From: Planctomycetota bacterium
Lineage (GTDB): Bacteria > Planctomycetota > UBA8108 > UBA1146
DNA length: 45,307 bases
Reading direction: 5' to 3'
NCBI GenBank assembly: GCA_036338595.1
Contig: JAYZBV010000025.1
Span: 1 to 45,307, forward strand
How positions within the stretch are numbered: the first letter of the stretch is position 1; each line of letters opens with the position of its first letter. Shown piece by piece: positions 9,740-17,337 of the stretch. Under the pieces are notes generated by a model. The model had not been told where the DNA came from. It made no database searches and worked only from the letters and a program-made list of their open reading frames with translations. The translations under genes were made by a program, and so were the position numbers.

Positions 9740-10936
9740 ATGCGTAATGTGTTCTTACTTCTCATCATCTCCGGTGGAATCTGGTGGGGATACTCCATCT
9801 GGATCGATGCAGACAAGATCGAGACGAACGAAGACAGCGCCATCGGCGCCCAGAGCGATCCCGAATCCAGTTCGACGTCACCCGGGAGCGCTACCGACCC
9901 GGAATCCAATGATGCGACAGTAACGACCTTGCAGCCCGATGTCCCCGATATCGAATCAGACCAGATCCAGCAGTTACGAGGTCAGTTGCAGGCGGACCCG
10001 GATGATGGCACACGCATTCGACTGGCTCAGGTGCTACTCGCATCCGAAAATCCCAAGAACCGTGGCGAGGCGATGGGAATCCTCACCCGCATCGAAAAGG
10101 CGGAAGGAGATCTTTCCGCTACAGCACGCGTCTTGCTACTGCGAGAAGCGCAGGGTACCGAGCAGATCAGAATCGCCCAGCAGATCATCCCATCGGGACC
10201 GGACACCGCCGGCTACGGCGAGGCCTGCCTCGTCATCGCGAATCAGATCGGTTTCGAGACGGACACCACTGCCGTCCGCTGCTGGCAACTGCTCTCCGAT
10301 GCCTATGTCAGTTCGGATGAAATCGAATGGCGCGCACCGATTCGACAAAAGTTACGCAACCTGGTCGACTTCTGGGTCATTTCAAAGCGCACCTTCTCGA
10401 TGGCAGGCTTCGCTACAGTGACCAGCGGAGATTCACTCTCGCGGATCGCTCGGAGCAACAAGATCACCGTCGATTCCCTGCGTTCACTGAACCACCTGAA
10501 ATCCGATGTGATTCATCCGGGACAAAAATTGAAATTCCTGAATGGGATTTTCACCGTCGACATCGACAAGAGCGATTTCTGGCTCGATCTCTACATCGAT
10601 GGGCGCTGGTTGCAGGGCTTTCCGGTCGGACACGGCAAGGACAACTGCACTCCCAGCGGAGATTTCGTCGTCGATCTGGTGCAGAAGAAACCGATGTGGC
10701 AGCCCCGAGATGGTCGACCTCCCATCGCCTACGGTGCCGAGGGAAACCCTCTCGGCGAGCGCTGGGTAGGCTTCGAGGATACCCCCTCCCACCAGGGCCT
10801 GGGCATCCATGGCACCAGCGACCCGGAGACGATCGGCTCGATGGGATCGGAAGGGTGTATTCGACTGAGGAATGAGGACGTTGTGGACTTTTTCCCCTGG
10901 ATGCGTGCGGGCACCCGCATCCACATCCACGACTGA
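9740..10936 (+). CDS. Membrane-anchored LysM-domain L,D-transpeptidase (YkuD family)
   Basis: N-terminal hydrophobic anchor; LysM (VTSGDSLSRIARSNKITVDSLRSLNHLKSDVIHPGQKL); YkuD motif GIHGT...GSEGCIRL. Confidence 0.9.
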   Translation: MRNVFLLLIISGGIWWGYSIWIDADKIETNEDSAIGAQSDPESSSTSPGSATDPESNDATVTTLQPDVPDIESDQIQQLRGQLQADPDDGTRIRLAQVLLASENPKNRGEAMGILTRIEKAEGDLSATARVLLLREAQGTEQIRIAQQIIPSGPDTAGYGEACLVIANQIGFETDTTAVRCWQLLSDAYVSSDEIEWRAPIRQKLRNLVDFWVISKRTFSMAGFATVTSGDSLSRIARSNKITVDSLRSLNHLKSDVIHPGQKLKFLNGIFTVDIDKSDFWLDLYIDGRWLQGFPVGHGKDNCTPSGDFVVDLVQKKPMWQPRDGRPPIAYGAEGNPLGERWVGFEDTPSHQGLGIHGTSDPETIGSMGSEGCIRLRNEDVVDFFPWMRAGTRIHIHD

Positions 10937-10945
10937 TCTGCTCGA

Positions 10946-13006
10946 TCAGGTTCGAAGTTGTGCCTGGAAGCGGCTCTCGAGTCTCTGCATCAAGCCTTCG
11001 ATCGATTCATCCACTTCTTCATGGGTCAAGGAACGATCGCCAGCTCTGAACGCCATCGAGAAGGTGACACTCTTTTGACCCTTTGGAACCTGCTTGCCCT
11101 GGTAAACATCGACAAAGGTCAACTCCTCGAAATGATCCAGTTGTGCGGATTCCACTTCCGATGAAATATCTCTCCACAGGACCGATTCCTCGATCACGAT
11201 GTTGAGATCTCGGCGCACCCCGGGGTAACGAGAAAACTCGCTGTAACGATGACTGAACTCTGCGTGGTCGATCAGGGTTCCAAGATCCAACTCTCCGCAC
11301 CACGATTCGCCGGGCACCCCATCGATGGCAACAGCACCGATCAATCCGAGCCTCTCGCTGGATAGGTCGAGGGCAGCCGCGGTTCCTGACAGCATTCCCG
11401 AGCCGCTGGAAACTGGATTCCATGTCATCGAACGCCGTGCTGAGAGGTCCAACCTGAGCAGTTCCAGCACTGCATCCGCAATCCCTCGGATCTCTCGATA
11501 CGGCTCAGCATCTGAATTCGGATCGCTCATGCTATGGACCCACGCCAGATGCAACTTCTCGACAGGCCTGTCGACACCCTCACGGCGATGGAAAACCCTG
11601 GCCACCTCGAACAGGCGCACCCCCTCGACACCGTGCAGACGATTGCCTCGCACGCAAGAGAGCAATCCTGGCAGCAGGCTGCGACGCAGCACCCCCTCGT
11701 TGGCTCGAACAGGGTTTCTCACCACCCACGGATCGCCGATACACCACCACTCTTCCAGATCCCTCTGGACCCCCTCCTCGCCAAAGGAGAAGGTCAGCGC
11801 TTCATGGTGGCCACTGCCCTCGAGCAATGATTTGGTGCGTTCGATCAACAGAGCTTCCTGGTCCTCGGGAATCACGCGCACCTGCATGCTGCGATCAGGC
11901 ACCCTGTCGAGGCCGTAGATACGCCCGACTTCCTCGATGAGGTCGATTTCCCTGGTGCAATCTGCACGCCAGGAGGGAGGCGCCCAGAGGCTCTCAGAAG
12001 ACGATTCCGAATCCGGTTCGAATCCCAGTGCCACCAGGATGGTGCGGATCCTCGCAACCGAAATCTCAACACCGAGAATCTTCTCGACTCGTTGGGGGCG
12101 AAGGGACACCGCGGGTGGGGCTGCGAGCAGGCCATCGCGGGTGGTTTCCATGCAGCCGGACAGAACCTGCGCGTCCGTCTCTCGGCAGAGCAGGTGGAAG
12201 AAGCGACGGGAAGCAGCATCTGCCCCGTCGACATCGACACGTCGCTCGAATCTGTACGAGGAGTCACTGGTGAGCCCGTGGCGCCGAGAAGTCTCCCGAA
12301 CCGGGACAGGATCGAACCAGGCACTCTCGAGCAAGATACGATCTGTATTGCCACTGACCTCGGTCCGAGCTCCCCCCATGACACCGGCTAACGCCACTGC
12401 CCGGGATGAATCAGCGATCACCAGATCGTCCGAGTCGAGTGCCAGCGCAGTGCCGTCGATGGCATCGAATTGCTCTCCACGGCGTGCACGCCGAACGATG
12501 ATCTCTGGCCCCTCAAGCAGGTCGAGATCGAACGCATGGAGCGGTTGTGCGAGGTCCATCAGAACATAGTTGGTCAGATCCACGACGATGTTGATCGACC
12601 TCAGGCCGATCGATTCGAGACGACGAATCAACCATGCAGGGCTGGCCCCCGCATCGACATCGAAGGCGATCCTGGCCGTGTACCTGCCACAGCGATCGTC
12701 ATCGTCCACCTCGATACTGGTCACCTCATCGAGGGCATTGCCTGCCGCGTCCTTCTCGATCTCTGGAAAGTCCAGCCCGAGAGGCTTGAGTGGAACATCG
12801 AGGATACATGCCAGTTCCCTGGCTACGCCGCGGTGACCCAGGTGATCCGGGCGGTTGGATGTCACCTCGAGTTCGAGTACATGGTCGGTCCCATGCGTTT
12901 CGATGGCCTCGCAATTGAGACCACACATGGTGAGCTTTTTCGCTACTTCTTCGACAGGAAGATCAAGTTCTACATGATCTCGCAACCAGTCGAGCGACAC
13001 CTTCAT
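10946..13006 (-). CDS. pheT: Phenylalanine--tRNA ligase beta subunit (lacks B2 OB-fold domain)
   Basis: MKVSLDWL, EVTSNRPDHLGHRGVARE, RADCTREIDLIEEVGRIYG, C-terminal FDX-ACB (YPGVRRDLNIV...RSLTHEEV). Confidence 0.96.
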   Translation of the reverse strand: MKVSLDWLRDHVELDLPVEEVAKKLTMCGLNCEAIETHGTDHVLELEVTSNRPDHLGHRGVARELACILDVPLKPLGLDFPEIEKDAAGNALDEVTSIEVDDDDRCGRYTARIAFDVDAGASPAWLIRRLESIGLRSINIVVDLTNYVLMDLAQPLHAFDLDLLEGPEIIVRRARRGEQFDAIDGTALALDSDDLVIADSSRAVALAGVMGGARTEVSGNTDRILLESAWFDPVPVRETSRRHGLTSDSSYRFERRVDVDGADAASRRFFHLLCRETDAQVLSGCMETTRDGLLAAPPAVSLRPQRVEKILGVEISVARIRTILVALGFEPDSESSSESLWAPPSWRADCTREIDLIEEVGRIYGLDRVPDRSMQVRVIPEDQEALLIERTKSLLEGSGHHEALTFSFGEEGVQRDLEEWWCIGDPWVVRNPVRANEGVLRRSLLPGLLSCVRGNRLHGVEGVRLFEVARVFHRREGVDRPVEKLHLAWVHSMSDPNSDAEPYREIRGIADAVLELLRLDLSARRSMTWNPVSSGSGMLSGTAAALDLSSERLGLIGAVAIDGVPGESWCGELDLGTLIDHAEFSHRYSEFSRYPGVRRDLNIVIEESVLWRDISSEVESAQLDHFEELTFVDVYQGKQVPKGQKSVTFSMAFRAGDRSLTHEEVDESIEGLMQRLESRFQAQLRT

Positions 13007-13042
13007 GACTTGTACTCCCGGTAATTCAGTCGCTCATCTCCA

Positions 13043-14050
13043 TCAGGAGAATTGCTGGAGAAACCTGACATCATTTTCGTAGAGGTAACGAATATCCGGA
13101 ATGTTGTAGGAGGCCATCGCCACCCGCTCGATCCCGAGACCAAATGCAAAACCGGTCCACTTTTCTGGGTCGATACCGACCGCCTCGAGGACATTCGGGT
13201 CGACCATCCCACAGCCCCCCATCTCCATCCAGCCACCGCGCCAGTACAGGTCTACTTCTGCACTCGGTTCGGTGAAGGGGAAAAACGAAGGCCTCAGCCT
13301 CAGTTTCATCCCGTCTTCCTGCAGTAACTGCTGGAAGAAGCTCAAGAGGGTTGCCTTGAGGTGGCCAAAGCTCATCCCCTCATCGATGACGAGACCTTCG
13401 AGCTGGTTGAACATGTAGGAGTGGGTCGCATCGACGGTATCGGGACGAAACACCTTTCCAGGAGCGATGATACGCAATGGCGGTGGCGTGCCCTCCATGA
13501 CTCGAACCTGGACCGTGGAGGTCTGGCTACGCATCAGCAGGTCGTCCTCGAGGAAGAAGTTCTCTGAGGGATCCCTGGCGATGTGATCGACCGGGATATT
13601 CAAGCCGGTGAAATTGTGCCACTCGTCCTCCACCTCGGGGCCGTCAGCGACCTGGAAACCGAGGTTGCCGAAGATGTTGATCATCCGTGATGCGACCAGC
13701 TGTACAGGATGCCTACTGCCGCGCTGCGGGAGTCGGCCGGGAAGGGTGACATCGGTCTGGGCGACCCCCCTCGCAGTGGTAGAGGCTGCAGGAGGCCCCC
13801 CGAGCCGCTCTCTAGCAGCCGCCAGTGCCGCCTCGAGCGTTTCCTTGACGACATTTGCGCGGGCCCCGAACGAGGCACGCTCATCGACAGGCAATTTGCC
13901 CAGTGAGCGGAGAATCTGCTTGAGGGACCCCTTTTTGCCCAGGACGCCAACGCGAACCAGTTCCAATCCGGAAGCGTCGGAAGCAGACTCGATCGCCTGC
14001 AACGCCTCGGATTCGATGGTATCGAGATCCACCTGGGACCCTTCGCTCAT
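13043..14050 (-). CDS. pheS: Phenylalanine--tRNA ligase alpha subunit
   Basis: RSQTSTVQVR, PGKVFRPDTVDATHS, FFPFTEPSAE, GFAFGLGIER. Confidence 0.98.
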   Translation of the reverse strand: MSEGSQVDLDTIESEALQAIESASDASGLELVRVGVLGKKGSLKQILRSLGKLPVDERASFGARANVVKETLEAALAAARERLGGPPAASTTARGVAQTDVTLPGRLPQRGSRHPVQLVASRMINIFGNLGFQVADGPEVEDEWHNFTGLNIPVDHIARDPSENFFLEDDLLMRSQTSTVQVRVMEGTPPPLRIIAPGKVFRPDTVDATHSYMFNQLEGLVIDEGMSFGHLKATLLSFFQQLLQEDGMKLRLRPSFFPFTEPSAEVDLYWRGGWMEMGGCGMVDPNVLEAVGIDPEKWTGFAFGLGIERVAMASYNIPDIRYLYENDVRFLQQFS

Positions 14051-14403
14051 TGCTGCGCGCCGCGGGCAATCCCGACGAGCGCAATGAAGGCCTCGTTGTT
14101 ACGGATCGCTAACTCGGAGATCATCTTCCGATCCAGATCGACGTGGGCACACTTGAGTCCATGAATGAATCGGCTGTAGGAGATGTCGTTTTGACCACAA
14201 GCTGCCGAGATCCGGGTGATCCAGAGGCGACGGATCATGCGCTTCCGTACGCGCCGGTCGCGGGTTGCGTATGCTTCAGCCCGGATGATGGTTTGCTTGG
14301 CTGTCTGGTACTGACGACTTGCGGCCCCGAAGAAGCCCCTGGCTTTTCTGAGAATCCGCTTCTGCTTGCGGTGACGAGCGACGCCAAAACGTACTCGTGC
14401 CAT
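14047..14403 (-). CDS. rplT: 50S ribosomal protein L20
   Basis: MARVRFGVARHRKQKRILRKARGFFG, RRLWITRISAA, YSRFIHGLK; ATG at 14403 preferred over track start 14427. Confidence 0.97.
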   Translation of the reverse strand: MARVRFGVARHRKQKRILRKARGFFGAASRQYQTAKQTIIRAEAYATRDRRVRKRMIRRLWITRISAACGQNDISYSRFIHGLKCAHVDLDRKMISELAIRNNEAFIALVGIARGAQQ

Positions 14404-14557
14404 CGAATTATCCCTTCCAGTGAGCAACGCACGGGAGGAATCGTGATCGATTCGCTCGGGACCTCATGGTCCGTCATCCCCGGAATTGCCGGCCGGTGCG
14501 CCATCTGGCGCGATGTTAGTTACAAATTTCTTACACCATGCACTACGGGTCTGGCGA

Positions 14558-14761
14558 CTAGCCGACCCCGAGCAGTTTTTTTATCACCTTCGCATCACAC
14601 TCTGGAACGATTTCGGTGCGCCGACCGCGGCGAATCCTGGTGGCGTTCCAGGGGCCCATCCGATGGCTCTTTCCAGCGCGGTGACGCTTGATCTTTCCGG
14701 TCCCCGTCACCTTGACCCGCTTCTGCAGGCCCTTGTGAGGCTTGTGAGTCTTTCTGGCCAC
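14558..14761 (-). CDS. rpmI: 50S ribosomal protein L35
   Basis: KPHKGLQKRVKVTGTGKIKR; located between infC and rplT. Confidence 0.94.
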   Translation of the reverse strand: MARKTHKPHKGLQKRVKVTGTGKIKRHRAGKSHRMGPWNATRIRRGRRTEIVPECDAKVIKKLLGVG

Positions 14762-14807
14762 CGGGGCCCCTTTCCAGTCACGTCTCCCTCATGCAGAGGG
14801 AGATCGC

Positions 14808-15317
14808 TCATTTCTTCTTTGCCAGCACCATCGCCATCCGGTTTCTTGCTTCTTGAACCGGCTCACGCTCCATCTTCGCCAACTCTTCGAGTTCATCGAA
14901 GAACCTGAGGAGTACCTCTTTGCCCAGATCAGGGTGCCTTTGTTCACGCCCCCGAAAAACCATCGTCACCAGCACCTTATGGCCCTCTTCGAGGAAATTT
15001 CGAGCTCTTCGCAGTTTGACATCCAGATCGTGTCGTTCTGTCTTGGGCCGCAGTTTCACTTCCTTGATCTTGCGGACCTTTTGCACCTGCTTGGAGTTCT
15101 TCGACTGATCGTACTTGAACTTGCCAAAATCCATCAACTTGCACAATGGCGGATCGGAATTTGGATTCATTTCGACCAGATCGAGCTCTTTTTCCTGCGC
15201 CATTTCCAGTGCGGCAATCAACTCCACGACACCGACCTGATTCCCCTCATCGTCGATGAGGCGTACCTGCCCCGGCGCGGGCCTGTCGATGATCCGGTAC
15301 TTGGTCTGCTCGGCGAT
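14808..15317 (-). CDS. infC: Translation initiation factor IF-3 (non-canonical ATC start)
   Basis: Frame extends upstream of track start to ATC at 15317 preceded by AAGGAGG (15324-15330, 6-nt spacer); VRLIDDEG, LDLVEM, PPLCKLMDFGKFKYD, KEVKLRP, MVFRGRE. Confidence 0.95.
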   Translation of the reverse strand: MAEQTKYRIIDRPAPGQVRLIDDEGNQVGVVELIAALEMAQEKELDLVEMNPNSDPPLCKLMDFGKFKYDQSKNSKQVQKVRKIKEVKLRPKTERHDLDVKLRRARNFLEEGHKVLVTMVFRGREQRHPDLGKEVLLRFFDELEELAKMEREPVQEARNRMAMVLAKKK

Positions 15318-15494
15318 GTCGGTCCTCCTTCTCGAATCCTCAGATCTCTGGATACTGAAGTGGTAGATCGGCCATTTCTGGCCTCTGAGAACTCCGATGG
15401 ATACACCGTACAGGGGCCTGATGGCAAGCCGTAAACCCCGAATTACGGGGTTGTTGGGTAAAAAAAACGAGTTCCGGGGGAAACCCCCATCGCT

Positions 15495-17291
15495 TCAGGA
15501 GGTCTCTCCCTCTTTCGGCTCTGCATCCGGCTCATCTCGGGGGGCCAATTGCAGGCCCACCTCATCGAGTTGAGCATCGGATACGAAGGTCGGTGCCCCC
15601 GTCAACAGGCAGGTGCCGCGCTGAGTCTTGGGAAAGGCGATCACCTCTCGGATCGAATCGTCCCCCGCCAGCACCATGACCAGTCGATCGATCCCGAGAG
15701 CGATTCCGCCATGAGGGGGCGCCCCGTATTTCAGCGCCTCCAGCAGAAAACTGAATTTACTCTGTGCCTCTTCATGACTCAGACCGATCGCCTCGAAAAC
15801 TCGTTCCTGGAGATCTCTCTGGTGTATCCGGATGCTACCGCCACCCACCTCGAAACCATTGAGAACCAGATCGTAAGCCCGTGCTCGAACCGATAGGGGC
15901 GAGTCCTCCAGTTGATCCAGATCCTCAGGATTTGGCGATGTGAAAGGATGGTGACAGGGAACCGGCAGCCCACTCTCTTCATCTTCATCGAAAAGGGGGA
16001 ACTCCGTGACCCAGCAAAACTCGAGAGCGCCGGGTTTCAGATGTCCGAGACGATTCGCCAGTTCCTTGCGAAGAAACGACAGTGAGTTGATCACGATGCG
16101 CTTCGAGGCATCGGCAACGAAGTAGCACAGATCCCCCACCTCCATGGCGCTTCGCTCGATGAGCGCCGCACCCGCTTCGTTGTCACAAAACCTTGCGACA
16201 GGCCCTGCCAAGCCCTCGTCACCCAGTTTCATCCAGGCGAGACCACCCGCCCCCTGGTTCTTGACGATCGCCTCGAGCGACTCGATCTCCTTGCGCGACC
16301 ATGCACCGCCACCGGGGACCCGGATGGCGCGTACCGCACCCCCGGCCTCGACCGCCCCGGAGAAGACCTTGAATCCCATCTCAAGCGCCAGATCGGAGAG
16401 TTCAAAGACCTCCAGGTCACTCCTGAGGTCAGGTGCGTCACTCGAATAACGAAGCAGTGCATCGTCGTACTGGATGCGGCGAAATGGCGTCTCGACTTCC
16501 TCACCGGTGAGTGCGCTGACGACATGAGCCATCAACCCCTCGAGCACTTCCATGACGTCATCTTCCTCGACACAGGCCATCTCGAGGTCGAGTTGCGTGA
16601 ATTCTGGCTGTCGATCCGCTCGAAGATCCTCGTCCCTGAAACAGCGAACGATCTGCATGTAACGATCGAATCCTGCCACCATGAAGAGTTGCTTGAAGAT
16701 CTGTGGAGATTGAGGGAGCGCATACAATTCTCCCGGATTGAGACGGCTCGGAACCAGGAAATCGCGGGCACCCTCCGGCGTGCTTTTTGTCAGCATCGGA
16801 GTTTCCAGATCGACAAATTGCTGCTCGTGCAGGTAATTTCGGATCTCGTGCTGAAGGTCCGACCTCAATTGAAAGCGCTTTTGAACATCGGGTCTGCGCA
16901 TATCCAGGAAACGGTACTGAAAACGCAACTCGTCATTCACCTGATCCCCGCCAGAGGAATCGAAGGGCAGCGCGGGACAGTCTCCCAGAATCGATGCAGT
17001 GGTGCCGATCAACTCGATCTCACCGGTTTCGAGACGCGGATTTTTCATTCCTTCGGGACGTGCCTCGACTCGGCCAACAACCTGAAGCACTTGCTCAGAG
17101 CGAAGGGCTTCCAGCGCATCGACATCGATGGAGTCGGGAGACAACGTCACCTGCGTGCGTCCATATCGATCACGAAGATCGATGAAGCGCAGCCCCCCGT
17201 GATCACGCACGGTATCAATCCAGCCGACGAGGGTGACTTCCTGGCCAACGTTCGCGGCACGAAGTTCACCACAGGTATGGCTTCTCAGCAT
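15495..17291 (-). CDS. aspS: Aspartate--tRNA ligase (probably non-discriminating Asp/Asn)
   Basis: MLRSHTCGEL start with GAGGAG SD; RDHGGLRFIDLRD, TPEGARDFLVPSR, FRDEDLRADRQPEFTQLD, YGAPPHGGIALGIDR. Confidence 0.98.
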   Translation of the reverse strand: MLRSHTCGELRAANVGQEVTLVGWIDTVRDHGGLRFIDLRDRYGRTQVTLSPDSIDVDALEALRSEQVLQVVGRVEARPEGMKNPRLETGEIELIGTTASILGDCPALPFDSSGGDQVNDELRFQYRFLDMRRPDVQKRFQLRSDLQHEIRNYLHEQQFVDLETPMLTKSTPEGARDFLVPSRLNPGELYALPQSPQIFKQLFMVAGFDRYMQIVRCFRDEDLRADRQPEFTQLDLEMACVEEDDVMEVLEGLMAHVVSALTGEEVETPFRRIQYDDALLRYSSDAPDLRSDLEVFELSDLALEMGFKVFSGAVEAGGAVRAIRVPGGGAWSRKEIESLEAIVKNQGAGGLAWMKLGDEGLAGPVARFCDNEAGAALIERSAMEVGDLCYFVADASKRIVINSLSFLRKELANRLGHLKPGALEFCWVTEFPLFDEDEESGLPVPCHHPFTSPNPEDLDQLEDSPLSVRARAYDLVLNGFEVGGGSIRIHQRDLQERVFEAIGLSHEEAQSKFSFLLEALKYGAPPHGGIALGIDRLVMVLAGDDSIREVIAFPKTQRGTCLLTGAPTFVSDAQLDEVGLQLAPRDEPDAEPKEGETS

Positions 17292-17337
17292 CTCGACTCC
17301 TCTTTCCCCATCGGCGGTGATCTGTCTCTGTGAGATT

